DNA of 64,000 bases from Candidatus Cryptobacteroides sp. (lineage in GTDB: Bacteria; Bacteroidota; Bacteroidia; Bacteroidales; UBA932). The DNA lies in contig JBGVEY010000042.1 in assembly GCA_045120635.1 (NCBI GenBank), positions 7,773 to 71,772 on the forward strand, in the 5' to 3' direction. The notes below the pieces were generated by a model. It had not been told where the DNA came from and did no database searches. It worked only from the letters and a program-made list of their open reading frames with translations. This document shows, one piece after another, positions 27,999 to 38,616 of this stretch. Numbering within the stretch: position 1 is the first letter of the stretch; each line of letters opens with the position of its first letter. A program made the position numbers and the translations under genes.

Positions 27999-29093
27999 CT
28001 TCAGGAATATCTTGTTGCGATATAGCACGAAAAGGATAGCGAAGAGGATGGAGGCATTGAAGAGGGCCATGAGGACCGGATAGAAGGTGGTGCCTTCAAA
28101 TCCTACAAGGAGGGAGGCTGATACTGAGTTGAATTTCAGGACCTGTCCCACAAAATAGGCCACAATTGCATTCATTCCATAGATTTTCAGCCAAGCAAGA
28201 CCTTTGCCCCAGCCCTTGACATCCACGATATAGTATGTAAGAGCGATAAGCAGGAAACACAGGCCGCCGGAGAAGAGTGTGAATGAGCTTGTCCAGATCT
28301 TCTTTATGATAGGGAAGATCGGGGCCATAAGCAATCCGGCTCCAAGAAGCGACACTCCGACTATAGCGAGTCTCAAGGCACGCTTTACCTTGTCAGTGTT
28401 CTGTGCTCTGAGTATCTGACCCGCAAAACAGCCTAAGAGTACTGTTACTGCGAAATTCAGGCTTGAAAGGATCCAGGTATACTGGTATGCCGGCTTGAAG
28501 TTCCAGGCGCCGTTCTCTGCCCAGATCACACCGTCACGATGAGATCCAAGGACAGCCTTGTCGATCGCCATTGCGATATTGTCCTGCGGATCCAGGTTCA
28601 TTCCGGTGCATACAAAGGCGAGCCAATATCCCGCAAACAGAGCAACACCGACGGTTATCTGCCACTTCGTCTTAAGATGCACAAAAAGCAAGGCCGACAC
28701 AACATATCCCACAGCGATCGTCTGAAGCGTATTGGCATATGGATGGAACATCTTCCAGTCAAACAGAAGCAGATTTCCCTGCACTATCCAGCCAAGGAAA
28801 ACCAGCATGCAGAATCGTTTGAGCAGTTTGAGGTAAAGCTTCCTACCCGGACGAAGCTCGCCTGTCTTATACTGTGCCAATGAAAACGGTATGGTCACTC
28901 CCGAGAGGAACAGGAACAACGGCATGATGATATCCCATGTCGCAAAGCCCTCCCACTGAACGTGGCTGAGCTGACCGTTCAGACCACTGAGTTCATAGAC
29001 CTTCGCCACAGCTTTCAGCACTGGTCCCAGGAACAGCAGCAGGAACATGTCAGCTCCGCGCAATATATCTAAAGATTCAAGTCTTTCCTTCAT
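27993..29093 (-). CDS. DUF5009/HGSNAT-like (NagX) transmembrane acyltransferase-family protein
   Basis: RLESLDILRG, DIIMPLFLF, PIIKKIWTSSFTL, YGMNAI; about 10 TM segments. Confidence 0.88.
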   Translation of the reverse strand: MKERLESLDILRGADMFLLLFLGPVLKAVAKVYELSGLNGQLSHVQWEGFATWDIIMPLFLFLSGVTIPFSLAQYKTGELRPGRKLYLKLLKRFCMLVFLGWIVQGNLLLFDWKMFHPYANTLQTIAVGYVVSALLFVHLKTKWQITVGVALFAGYWLAFVCTGMNLDPQDNIAMAIDKAVLGSHRDGVIWAENGAWNFKPAYQYTWILSSLNFAVTVLLGCFAGQILRAQNTDKVKRALRLAIVGVSLLGAGLLMAPIFPIIKKIWTSSFTLFSGGLCFLLIALTYYIVDVKGWGKGLAWLKIYGMNAIVAYFVGQVLKFNSVSASLLVGFEGTTFYPVLMALFNASILFAILFVLYRNKIFLKV

Positions 29094-29096
29094 ATT

Positions 29097-31094
29097 TTAC
29101 AAACCACGTGCACGTGCAAGAGCCTTAGGGTCAGGATCAGCGCCACGGAAACGACGGTAGAGTTCCATCGGCTCCTCGCTGCCACCCTTCTCAAGGATGT
29201 TTGTGCGGAACGACATTGCTGTCTCCTTGTCGAAGATACCCTTCTCCATGAAGAGCTCGAATGCATCCTTGTCAAGCACCTCAGCCCAAAGGTAGCTGTA
29301 ATATCCTGCGCTGTATCCGCCGCTGAAGATATGAGCGAAATATGTGCTGCGGTAACGTGGGATGATCTCGTCGATGAGACCCATTGCCTTGCATGCCTCA
29401 GCCTCGAACTCCTCTACAGAGGCAGGAACCTCAGTAATCATATGCCACTTGAGGTCAAGCATCGCAGCTGCTGCAAGCTCTGTTGTCATGAAGCCCTGGT
29501 TGAATGTTCCGGCAGCCTCGATCTTTGCCACAAGCTCGTCAGGAATGATCTCACCTGTCTCATAGTGACGTGCATACTCAGCGAGAACCTCCTTCTGGAA
29601 AGCCCAGTTCTCCATGATCTGAGATGGAAGCTCGACGAAGTCACGTGCTACTGATGTACCTGATACGCTCTTGTATGTACACTTTGTCACAAGACCGTGG
29701 AGAGCATGTCCGTACTCATGGAAGAGAGTCTCCACCTGATCGAGTGTAAGAAGTGAAGGCTTGTCGGCTGCAGGCTTCGCAAAGTTACCTACATTCACGA
29801 TTACCGGACGGGTCTCAACACCTGCCACGATCTCCTGATTTACGAAGTTGTTCATCCATGCGCCACCTCTCTTAGTGCTGCGTGGGAAGTAGTCTGTAAG
29901 AATGATACCGATGAGGGAACCGTCAGCGTCAGTAACCTTGAAGCCCTCAACGTCTGCATGATATGTAGGGATGTTCTCAAGTTTCTCGTACTGGAGACCG
30001 AAAAGCTTGGTAGTGAGGTCGAATACACCCTGACGTACATTCTCCATCTTGAAGTAAGGTCTCAACTCCTCCTCGTCAAGAGCATACTTCGCCTTACGCA
30101 CCTTCTCTGCATAATAAGCCCAGTCCCAAGGCTGGATCTTTGTACCGGCAGGAAGAAGACCCGCCTTGATATCCTCATCCATCACAGCCTGCATATCGAC
30201 GATTTCAGCCTTTGCCTTCTCAACAGCAGGAGCAATGATTCCGGCAAGGAATGTGTCCACAGTCTCAGGTGTTCCTGCCATCTTGTCATTGAGAATCATC
30301 TGTGCAGGGTTCTCGTATCCAAGAAGTTTAGCCTTCTCGACGCGGAGTTCCATCATCTTGATGATAAGGTCCTTTGTATCGTTCTCGTTGCCGTTGTTGC
30401 CACGTGAAGCATATGCCTTGAACATCTTCTCGCGAAGCTCACGGTCTGCTGTAGCGGCCATTGCCTCGCCGTATTCCGAAATAGTCACACCGAACTCCTC
30501 TGCAAACGCATTGTTCTCCGCAAGGAGTCTGTTGCCGAAGGTGTTGGTAAGAGACGAAAGTTCCATATTGATCTCACGCATTCTTGCCTGTTCAGCCTCA
30601 CCGAGGGCGATACCGTTCTTTACGAAGCTGTTGTAAAGTTTCTTGAGGGTCATCTTCTGCTCATCGTTCAGACCGAGGTTATCCATATCATTGTAAAGGA
30701 CCTCAACCTTTGCAAAGAATGCAGGGTTCATCGAGATGTTGTCTGAATGTACAGAGAGCATAGGAAGCACCTGCTCCACGATGTTCTGGAGAGAAGGTGT
30801 CGCGTCAGTTTCAGAAAGATTGAAAAGCACGCCGATCACTCTGTCGAGAATAGCACCGGAAGCCTCATAAGCCTCAACTACGTTTGCGAATGTAGGAGCG
30901 TCAGTGTTTGCGATGATTGCATCGATCTCAGCCTGCTGCTGACGGATTCCCTCCTCAACTGCAGGGAGATAATGCTTCTCCTTTACCTTTCCGAAATCAG
31001 GAATGCTGTAAGGAGTGTTCCACGACGAGAGGAACGGATTTGTACATGAAACTGCTGTCATGATTACTGTCACGATTGAAAGTATCTTCTTCAT
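29097..31094 (-). CDS. dcp: M3 family metallopeptidase (peptidyl-dipeptidase Dcp-like), lipoprotein
   Basis: Lipobox AVSC, KRGGAWM, FHEYGHALH, DFVELPSQ, GYSAGYYSY. Confidence 0.93.
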   Translation of the reverse strand: MKKILSIVTVIMTAVSCTNPFLSSWNTPYSIPDFGKVKEKHYLPAVEEGIRQQQAEIDAIIANTDAPTFANVVEAYEASGAILDRVIGVLFNLSETDATPSLQNIVEQVLPMLSVHSDNISMNPAFFAKVEVLYNDMDNLGLNDEQKMTLKKLYNSFVKNGIALGEAEQARMREINMELSSLTNTFGNRLLAENNAFAEEFGVTISEYGEAMAATADRELREKMFKAYASRGNNGNENDTKDLIIKMMELRVEKAKLLGYENPAQMILNDKMAGTPETVDTFLAGIIAPAVEKAKAEIVDMQAVMDEDIKAGLLPAGTKIQPWDWAYYAEKVRKAKYALDEEELRPYFKMENVRQGVFDLTTKLFGLQYEKLENIPTYHADVEGFKVTDADGSLIGIILTDYFPRSTKRGGAWMNNFVNQEIVAGVETRPVIVNVGNFAKPAADKPSLLTLDQVETLFHEYGHALHGLVTKCTYKSVSGTSVARDFVELPSQIMENWAFQKEVLAEYARHYETGEIIPDELVAKIEAAGTFNQGFMTTELAAAAMLDLKWHMITEVPASVEEFEAEACKAMGLIDEIIPRYRSTYFAHIFSGGYSAGYYSYLWAEVLDKDAFELFMEKGIFDKETAMSFRTNILEKGGSEEPMELYRRFRGADPDPKALARARGL

Positions 31095-31119
31095 TTTTAA
31101 GTATTTAGTTAGATTCTGA

Positions 31120-32106
31120 TTAGATCGAAAGCACATTCAGAACATTGATGAGTTCACGGTCGATCGGCTTGTCGATACGGATTGCCTTGTTGAACGGAAC
31201 ATATACGATCTGATCGTTCTTGACTCCGACCATGATGTTGCGCTGTCCGTCCTTGAGGGCCTCTATCGCAGCCACTCCGAGACGGCTTGCGAGAATACGG
31301 TCCTGCGCTGTCGGAACGCCGCCACGCTGAAGATGACCGAGGATGGTCACACGGGCTTCGAACTCCGGATACTCATGGACGAGACGGTCTGCATAGTACT
31401 GTGCCCCGCCTGTACCGTCCTTCTTGCTCTCCGACACAAGGACAATGGAGCTGTTCTTGCTCTTGCGCACACCTCGTCCGATGAATGTCGCAAGCTGGTC
31501 CACATCTGTCCTGTCCTCCGGGATGATAGCCGCCTCCGCACCTGTTGCGATTGCCGCATTCTGCGCAAGGAAACCGGCATCGCGGCCCATAACCTCAACG
31601 AAGAAGATACGGTTATGTGAATTCGCAGTGTCACGGATCTTGTCCACACAGTCCATGATCGTGTTGAGGGCAGTATCGTATCCGATTGTAGTATCTGTGC
31701 CGTAAAGGTCGTTGTCGATTGTTCCCGGGAGACCCACGCAAGGGATATCATACTCAGCCGCGATAACCTGTGCACCCGCAAGCGAGCCGTTGCCTCCGAT
31801 GACGATAAAGGCATCGATACCGTTGGCCTTGATGTTCTCATATGCCTTCGCACGGCCTTCCTCATTCATGAAGCCCTTGCTTCGTGCCGTTCTGAGGATG
31901 GTACCTCCGCGGTTGATTGTGCCGCTGACGCTTTCAGATGTGAAGTCCTTGATCTCATTGTTGATAAGACCTTCCCATCCTCGATATATTCCCTTCACCT
32001 GCCAGCCGTTGTAGATTGCCGCACGTGTCACGGCTCTGATAGCCGCGTTCATTCCAGGTGCATCTCCTCCGGAAGTAAGCACTCCGATTGTTGAAATCTT
32101 TGCCAT
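31120..32106 (-). CDS. pfkA: ATP-dependent 6-phosphofructokinase
   Basis: [34 protein letters not shown]. Confidence 0.97.
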   Translation of the reverse strand: MAKISTIGVLTSGGDAPGMNAAIRAVTRAAIYNGWQVKGIYRGWEGLINNEIKDFTSESVSGTINRGGTILRTARSKGFMNEEGRAKAYENIKANGIDAFIVIGGNGSLAGAQVIAAEYDIPCVGLPGTIDNDLYGTDTTIGYDTALNTIMDCVDKIRDTANSHNRIFFVEVMGRDAGFLAQNAAIATGAEAAIIPEDRTDVDQLATFIGRGVRKSKNSSIVLVSESKKDGTGGAQYYADRLVHEYPEFEARVTILGHLQRGGVPTAQDRILASRLGVAAIEALKDGQRNIMVGVKNDQIVYVPFNKAIRIDKPIDRELINVLNVLSI

Positions 32107-32126
32107 TTTTCTTTCTTTAAATTACA

Positions 32127-34460
32127 CTACTTTGTGAGAGAGTAAGGTTTAGCCTCTGCTGAGACTCCTCTCTTCTTGTTCGGTTTCGAATCCATTGTGA
32201 ATTCCCATACACCACCCTTGAGGATATCCTCATGAGTGATATACATCTTGTCGTATTTCTCGCCATCAATGGTGAGAGTCTTTACATATCTCTTCGTATC
32301 GCTCACACCTGGAGCCTTGATTTCAAGTGTCTTGCCATTAGGAAGGTCAAGCTTGATGTACGGAAGATATGGAGCGCCGAGCACATACTCGTCCGAGCCG
32401 GGGCACACAGGATAGAATCCCATTGCCGAGAAGATATACCATGCCGACATCTGTCCGCAGTCGTCATTTCCGCCGAGGCCTCTGATATCGTTACGATACA
32501 TTTTGTTCATGATGTCGCGGAGCCAGAACTGGGTCTTCCAAGGCTGCGCTGTCCACGCATAGAGGTAAGGCACATGGTGACTTGGCTCGTTTCCATGGAC
32601 ATATCCGCCCACAAGACAATCGATGGTAATATCCTCATTTGCTGCGTAGTATTCCTCAGGAAGATGCATGCCGAAGAGTTCATCAAGTCTCTGAACAAAA
32701 ACCTTCTCACCGCCCATGAGAGACATAAGTCCCTTCACATCGAACGGAACATGGAATGAGAAGTTCCATGAGTTGCCCTCGATGAAGCCCTCTCCATGTG
32801 TCTGAAGAACGTCGAACTCCTTCTTGAAGCTTCCGTCGGTGTAACGAGGCCGTGCGAAACCGATCTCTTTGTCGTAGATGTTTCTGTAGAACTGAGCTCT
32901 CTTGAGATATTCATCTGCGATTTCCTTCTCGCCGGCCTTGAGGGCAGCATTGTAGATGGTCCAGTCGTCGAATGCATACTCCAATGTGGTCGAAGCAGCT
33001 GTCGAAACCACGTCCATAGGAACATAACCGAGTTCCATATACTCTGCAAGACCTCCGTAATATGGAACCGTAGATGTCTTGACCATTGCCTTGAACGCCT
33101 CATCTGTCGGCTGGCACACGCCCTTCACGATAGCGTCGGCAAGCACCGGAACAGCGTGGTATCCGCTCATGCACCAGTTCTCGTTACCCATGTGGCTCCA
33201 GATAGGAAGCATTCCGTGAACGCTCTGCTGCTGGTGACGGATCATCGACATCACCATATCAGCACTGCGCTTAGGCTGGATAAGGTTCATGAGAGGGTGC
33301 TCTGCACGGTATGTATCCCACAATGAGAATACTGTATAGTTCTCAAAGCCTTCAGCTTTGTGGATATTGTGGTCAAGTCCGCGGTAACTTCCGTCCACAT
33401 CCATATAGATCGAAGGATTGATCATTGTATGATAGAGCGAAGTATAGAACATCGCCTTCTGGTCTTCTGTACCATCAACGGTAAACATTGACAGTTCATT
33501 GTCCCATGCAGCGCCTGCGGCAGCGGCGAGTTCCTCGAACGAACGGCCTTCAGCCTCTGCCTTGAGGTTCTTCAACGCTCCTTCTGTGCTGACCGCAGAG
33601 AGAGCAACCTTCGCTACGAGCTCCTGTCCGTCCGCCTCGTCGAAGCAGAAATATGCAGCCACGTCCCTACCTGCGATCTCAGGGAAGTTCCTGTCCATCT
33701 TGAACCTTCTCCAGAAGCCCTTGTAGAGAGCCTTGTCACGATCCTTGTAGCCGTATTCCTTGATAGGCTTCGAGAATGTGATTGCGAAATATGTGTAGTT
33801 GGTACGCGCCCAACCGTTTGTTATTCTGTAACCTGTGAGAGTCGTTTCATTTTCTACTCGGAGATGAGACCAGAGTACCTTGCCGTCGTAATTGTATATA
33901 CCATGACCGAGGTCAAGCACCACATGGCCCTTCTGACCCTCTGGGAAAGTGTACTTATGCACACCCACGCGAGGGGTCGCAGTAAGCTGGGCCTTTACTC
34001 CGCTGTCCTCGAGAAGCACCTCGTAATATCCAGGGACCGCCTTCTCGGTATCATGAGAGAAACGGCTACGGTATCCTGCATCAGGATCCTGCGCTGTTCC
34101 AGGCTCGAGCTTCACCTCGCCTGTTCCCGGCATAAGGAGAATGTCACCGAGGTCCGAGTGGCCTGTACCGCTGAAATGGGTGTGGCTGAAACCTACGATT
34201 GTATTGTCCGAATACTGATATCCGGCGCAATACTTATATGTAGCCTTCTGATATACTCCGTCGATGTTGTGAGGAATATTGTCTGTATCCGGGCTGAGCT
34301 GAACACCGCCGAAAGGCACACATGCACCGGGGAATGTATGTCCCATACCATCGGTTCCGATCATCGGATTCACATACTCTGAAGGCTTCTGAGCATTCAA
34401 TGTCAGCGCCATCACCGACATCGCGGCTACAGCAAGAAATTTATTGATCACGTCTTTCAT
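32127..34460 (-). CDS. GH92 alpha-mannosidase (secreted)
   Basis: Signal peptide, GHTFPGA, SHTHFSGTG, SLWDTYR, EGNSW, GNDDCGQMSAW. Confidence 0.95.
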   Translation of the reverse strand: MKDVINKFLAVAAMSVMALTLNAQKPSEYVNPMIGTDGMGHTFPGACVPFGGVQLSPDTDNIPHNIDGVYQKATYKYCAGYQYSDNTIVGFSHTHFSGTGHSDLGDILLMPGTGEVKLEPGTAQDPDAGYRSRFSHDTEKAVPGYYEVLLEDSGVKAQLTATPRVGVHKYTFPEGQKGHVVLDLGHGIYNYDGKVLWSHLRVENETTLTGYRITNGWARTNYTYFAITFSKPIKEYGYKDRDKALYKGFWRRFKMDRNFPEIAGRDVAAYFCFDEADGQELVAKVALSAVSTEGALKNLKAEAEGRSFEELAAAAGAAWDNELSMFTVDGTEDQKAMFYTSLYHTMINPSIYMDVDGSYRGLDHNIHKAEGFENYTVFSLWDTYRAEHPLMNLIQPKRSADMVMSMIRHQQQSVHGMLPIWSHMGNENWCMSGYHAVPVLADAIVKGVCQPTDEAFKAMVKTSTVPYYGGLAEYMELGYVPMDVVSTAASTTLEYAFDDWTIYNAALKAGEKEIADEYLKRAQFYRNIYDKEIGFARPRYTDGSFKKEFDVLQTHGEGFIEGNSWNFSFHVPFDVKGLMSLMGGEKVFVQRLDELFGMHLPEEYYAANEDITIDCLVGGYVHGNEPSHHVPYLYAWTAQPWKTQFWLRDIMNKMYRNDIRGLGGNDDCGQMSAWYIFSAMGFYPVCPGSDEYVLGAPYLPYIKLDLPNGKTLEIKAPGVSDTKRYVKTLTIDGEKYDKMYITHEDILKGGVWEFTMDSKPNKKRGVSAEAKPYSLTK

Positions 34461-34520
34461 AATTTATCTTGATACATCATCTTACAAAGCTACAAAACTT
34501 TTTGTATTTTTGCGGGCTGT

Positions 34521-35552
34521 ATGAAGATAGGGAATATAGAACTTGGAGAAAAGCCGCTTTTTCTCGCGCCGATGGAGGATGTGACTGACGCATCCTTCCG
34601 ATTTATATGCAAGGAATTCGGGGCTGATATGATGTATACGGAATTCATATCATCGGACGGACTTATCCGTGATGCCCGCAAATCGCTTGAGAAACTCGTG
34701 ACATATGATTACGAAACCCCTATAGGCATACAGATCTACGGTAACATCCCGGAGGCGATGGTAGATGCAGCAAAGATGGCGGAGCAGGCTGCGGAGATCG
34801 CAGGAGGCCATGGAGCGGACCTTGTGGACATCAATTTCGGATGTCCGGTGAACAAGATCGCACGCCGTGGAGCCGGTTCAGGCATGATGAGAGAGCCGGA
34901 CAAGATGGTGGAGATCACCAGACAGGTAGTTGAGGCCGTCAAGCTGCCGGTGACCGTAAAGACAAGACTCGGCTGGGACGAAGACTCGAAGATCATCGTC
35001 GAACTTGCGGAGAGACTGCAGGACGTGGGCATTCAGGCACTTACCGTACACGGCCGCACCCGCTGCCAGATGTACACAGGAGAGGCTGACTGGACCCTCA
35101 CCGGAAAGATCAAGGAAAACCCGCGCATGCACATCCCTATCATCGGAAACGGCGACATCACCTCAGCTCAGAAGGCCAAGGACTATTTCGACAGATACGG
35201 CGTGGACGGCATCATGATAGGACGTGCCACATACGGTCATCCGTGGATATTCAAGGAAATAAAGCACTACCTCAAGACAGGCGAACTCCTGCCTCAGATG
35301 AGCGTGACCGACAGGGTGAAACTCGCAAAGAGACATCTCGCCAAGTCATTGGAAATCAAGGGAGACAGAGTCGGCATCCTTGAGATGAGACGTCATCTCT
35401 CGTGCTATTTCAAAGGTCTTCCCGACTTCAAGGAGACAAGGCTCAAGCTGGTGACCCTCAACGATCCTGCTGAACTTTTTGCAACATTGGACTATATCGC
35501 CGGCAGATGGGGAGAGGACGCTCCCGAGGCAGCGAATGTATATAACATATAG
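34521..35552 (+). CDS. dusB: tRNA-dihydrouridine synthase B
   Basis: LAPMEDVTD, DINFGCP, TVHGRT, IGNGDI, GIMIGRA. Confidence 0.95.
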   Translation: MKIGNIELGEKPLFLAPMEDVTDASFRFICKEFGADMMYTEFISSDGLIRDARKSLEKLVTYDYETPIGIQIYGNIPEAMVDAAKMAEQAAEIAGGHGADLVDINFGCPVNKIARRGAGSGMMREPDKMVEITRQVVEAVKLPVTVKTRLGWDEDSKIIVELAERLQDVGIQALTVHGRTRCQMYTGEADWTLTGKIKENPRMHIPIIGNGDITSAQKAKDYFDRYGVDGIMIGRATYGHPWIFKEIKHYLKTGELLPQMSVTDRVKLAKRHLAKSLEIKGDRVGILEMRRHLSCYFKGLPDFKETRLKLVTLNDPAELFATLDYIAGRWGEDAPEAANVYNI

Positions 35553-35558
35553 AAGAAA

Positions 35559-36647
35559 ATGATAGACAATATACTGTTGTTCCCATATTGGCTTACGCTG
35601 AAGGCAAGGCATATGATGTTTGACTGCGGAATACGCAAGGTCAACAGAACGGAAGTGCCTTCGATCTGCGTCGGCAACATCGCTGTCGGCGGAACCGGCA
35701 AGACCCCGCATACCGAGATGATTCTCAGAATGCTTCTCTCTGACGACGAGTGGGCATACAGGAACATCGCCGTGCTTTCAAGAGGATACAAGAGAAAGAC
35801 AAAGGGTTTCCAGCAGGTAACACTCGACGGCACTGCAAAGGAATATGGAGACGAGCCGCTTCAGATCAAGAAGAAGTTCCCTTACGTAACTGTCGCGGTC
35901 GACAAGTCCCGCAAGGAAGGATGCGGCTTTCTCTGCCATCCGGAAACCTTGCAGACATCGAAGAAGGCTCGCAGATGCCTGAACAAGGACGTTGCAAAAG
36001 CCGACCTCATCATCCTTGACGACGCATTCCAGCACAGATCCGTAAAAGCCTCAGTATCAATCGTTCTCATTGACTATAACAGACCTCTTTTCAAGGATCA
36101 TCTCATGCCGCTCGGAAGGCTTCGCGACCTTCCCGAGAGAATAAAGGCTGCTGACATCGTCATAGTCACAAAGTGCCCTTCCGACCTCAACGCATGGGAG
36201 AAGAGCAAATGGGCAGAAGCTCTCAAGATCTCGAACAGACAACATATCTTCTTCACAAAGACCTGCTACGACACTGCTGTTCCTGTCTTCCCCGAGGGCG
36301 ATTCAAGGTATGTATATTCCCAGAAACTCGTACTTTTCTCCGGAATTGCGAATGACCTTCCGCTAAGACACTATCTCAGCAGCGACTACAAGATCGTCAG
36401 ACATCTTAAATTCCCTGACCATCACAAGTTCAGCAGCGCCGACATCAGAGAAATCGAAAAGGTCGCAAGGACATATCCTACAGCTGTCTTCATGACAACA
36501 GAAAAAGATTGCCAGAGAATCCGCGACTGCCGCAAGATCTCTGACAACCTTAAAATGAGACTTTTCTACACCCCGATCAAATCGGAGTTCCTCTCGGCAG
36601 AGGACAAGGAAAAGTTCGAATCTACTTTGAATTCTTACCTGAAATAA
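35559..36647 (+). CDS. lpxK: Tetraacyldisaccharide 4'-kinase
   Basis: VGNIAVGGTGKTP, LSRGYKR, GDEP, LDDAFQHR, FPDHH, TTEKD. Confidence 0.96.
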   Translation: MIDNILLFPYWLTLKARHMMFDCGIRKVNRTEVPSICVGNIAVGGTGKTPHTEMILRMLLSDDEWAYRNIAVLSRGYKRKTKGFQQVTLDGTAKEYGDEPLQIKKKFPYVTVAVDKSRKEGCGFLCHPETLQTSKKARRCLNKDVAKADLIILDDAFQHRSVKASVSIVLIDYNRPLFKDHLMPLGRLRDLPERIKAADIVIVTKCPSDLNAWEKSKWAEALKISNRQHIFFTKTCYDTAVPVFPEGDSRYVYSQKLVLFSGIANDLPLRHYLSSDYKIVRHLKFPDHHKFSSADIREIEKVARTYPTAVFMTTEKDCQRIRDCRKISDNLKMRLFYTPIKSEFLSAEDKEKFESTLNSYLK

Positions 36648-37728
36648 CCTCGTTCTGTACTTCTACAGACGTTTCATGGATTGCGTTGAAAACGTCCTCT
36701 ATGAAATGCTGAGGCAATCCGTACTCCTCACCTTTCGCAACCATCTTCGCAAGGATGGAATCCCATCTTGAAGTCTGGAGAATGGCGATGTTGTTGTTCT
36801 TCTTGTACTCACCGATCTCACGGCTGATCTTCATTCGTGCCGCGAAAGTATAGAGGAGGCTTTCGTCGATGATGTCGATCTTCGCACGAAGCTGGTCGAT
36901 GTTCTCCTTCCATTCCCTAGCATCGGAATCCGCATCCCTCACTGCAATCTGATTATGGAGCATGTCCTTGAGTTCCTCAGGGGTAAGCTGCTGCTTCGCA
37001 TCGCTGAGGGCGACCGAAGGATTGCAATGCGACTCGATCATAAGTCCCTCGAAACCAAGGTCAAGAGATCTCTGACTAAGCTCAAGGATATATTCTTTTT
37101 TGCCTCCCATATGGCTTGGGTCCACAAAGAACGGAAGCTCGGGATAACGGCTGCGGAGTTCGATGGCCATCTGCCACTGAGGATCGTTGCGGTATTTAAG
37201 CTTGTCCACTGTCGAGAATCCTCTGTGGATGACACCGAGTTTTCTGATTCCGGCATTGCTCAGACGCTCCAGGGCACCGATCCAAAGGTCGAGGTCCGGA
37301 TTGACAGGATTCTTCACAAGCACCGGAATATCAGTATCCCTCAGCGCATCTGCAATCTCCTGCACAAGGAAAGGGTTGGCTGTGGTTCTTGCACCGATCC
37401 ACACAAGGTCCACACCATGCTTGAGGCACTCGAACACATGCTTTTCATTCGCTACCTCTGTAGCTATCTTCAGACCGTATTCCTTCTTTGCCTTCTGCAT
37501 CCATCTGAGGCCTGGCACACCTATACCCTCAAAGCATCCCGGATGAGTTCTCGGTTTCCATATACCGGCACGGAAAACATTGATTCCTAACTCCTTGAGA
37601 CCCTTCGCAGTCTCCATGATCTGCTCTTCACTCTCTGCACTGCAAGGACCTGCCACCACGCTTGGTCTTGGTTCTGTGAACATTCCCCATTCATAAAGAG
37701 GAATGATGTCGAATTTCTTGGTTGCCAT
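36622..37728 (-). CDS. Bifunctional DAHP synthase (class I-beta) / C-terminal chorismate mutase
   Basis: AGPCSAES, WKPRT, IGARTT, DPSH, then LRAKIDIID...RMKISREIG chorismate mutase domain; start MATKK at 37728. Confidence 0.95.
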   Translation of the reverse strand: MATKKFDIIPLYEWGMFTEPRPSVVAGPCSAESEEQIMETAKGLKELGINVFRAGIWKPRTHPGCFEGIGVPGLRWMQKAKKEYGLKIATEVANEKHVFECLKHGVDLVWIGARTTANPFLVQEIADALRDTDIPVLVKNPVNPDLDLWIGALERLSNAGIRKLGVIHRGFSTVDKLKYRNDPQWQMAIELRSRYPELPFFVDPSHMGGKKEYILELSQRSLDLGFEGLMIESHCNPSVALSDAKQQLTPEELKDMLHNQIAVRDADSDAREWKENIDQLRAKIDIIDESLLYTFAARMKISREIGEYKKNNNIAILQTSRWDSILAKMVAKGEEYGLPQHFIEDVFNAIHETSVEVQNEVISGKNSK

Positions 37729-37748
37729 AATATGTGATTTTTTAATTT

Positions 37749-38606
37749 TTATCTGATGATTCGTCTTATCTTGTTTGCCTCCTGGATCAGGCTGCGCACC
37801 TTGTCTTCGTCCTCGGCCTCGATCGCCTCGCGGAAGTCCTTGAGTTTCTCCATATATGTATCCATCACGCGAAGGACATTGTCTCTGTTCTGCAGAAGGA
37901 TCGGAGTCCACATGTCGGCGCCGCTCTTCGCAAGTCGTACGGTCGATGAAAAACCACCCGACGCGAGATCGAAGATATGCTTTTCATCCTTCTCCTTCTC
38001 AAGCACGGTCTGCGCAAGGGCGAAGGAAATGACGTGAGACACATGAGAGACATAGGCCGTATGCACATCGTGGTTCGATGAATTCATATATGTAACCCTC
38101 ATATTCAGGGTAGTATAGAGATTCTCCACCGTTCTCACTGCCTTGGTATCCGACTCCTGAGGGTCGCAGATGATGCATGCGCGTCCGTCAAAAAGTCCCG
38201 GAAGGGCAGCCCATGGGCCGCTGTACTCTGTTCCGGACATCGGGTGTGACGCAACATACATCTTTCTCTTCGCATGGTACTTGACACTGCCCGACAGGTT
38301 CTCCTTTGTCGAGCACACATCCATGACAAGCTTGTCATCTGCTCCGGTCTGCTCGAAACGGTCCAATACAGCAGGCAGAAGCTTCATCGCCGCATCCACA
38401 GGAACCGCAACGATAATGACATCGCTCTGATCGACACAGTCCTCAAGACTTACCACACGGTCCACAAGACCTATCTTTTCCGCCGCCGCAGCATTCACCG
38501 GGTCATTGTCCACTCCCAGCACCTGCGAAGCAAAACCTTTTCTCTTAAGATCTATCGCCATTGAACCGCCTATAAGTCCAAGGCCTATTATTCCCAACTT
38601 CTTCAT
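37749..38606 (-). CDS. tyrA: Prephenate dehydrogenase
   Basis: GIIGLGLIGGS, HPMSGTE, HDVHTAYVSH, GGFSSTVRLA. Confidence 0.95.
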   Translation of the reverse strand: MKKLGIIGLGLIGGSMAIDLKRKGFASQVLGVDNDPVNAAAAEKIGLVDRVVSLEDCVDQSDVIIVAVPVDAAMKLLPAVLDRFEQTGADDKLVMDVCSTKENLSGSVKYHAKRKMYVASHPMSGTEYSGPWAALPGLFDGRACIICDPQESDTKAVRTVENLYTTLNMRVTYMNSSNHDVHTAYVSHVSHVISFALAQTVLEKEKDEKHIFDLASGGFSSTVRLAKSGADMWTPILLQNRDNVLRVMDTYMEKLKDFREAIEAEDEDKVRSLIQEANKIRRIIR

Positions 38607-38616
38607 AATCCGTTTT

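Noticed and set aside
37729-37911. Extended starts in the ORF track (DAHP synthase here; also KAP, manA, GH92, NAGPA, topA)
   Set aside because: They overlap neighbouring genes or promoter boxes; downstream ATGs match family N-termini or signal peptides.
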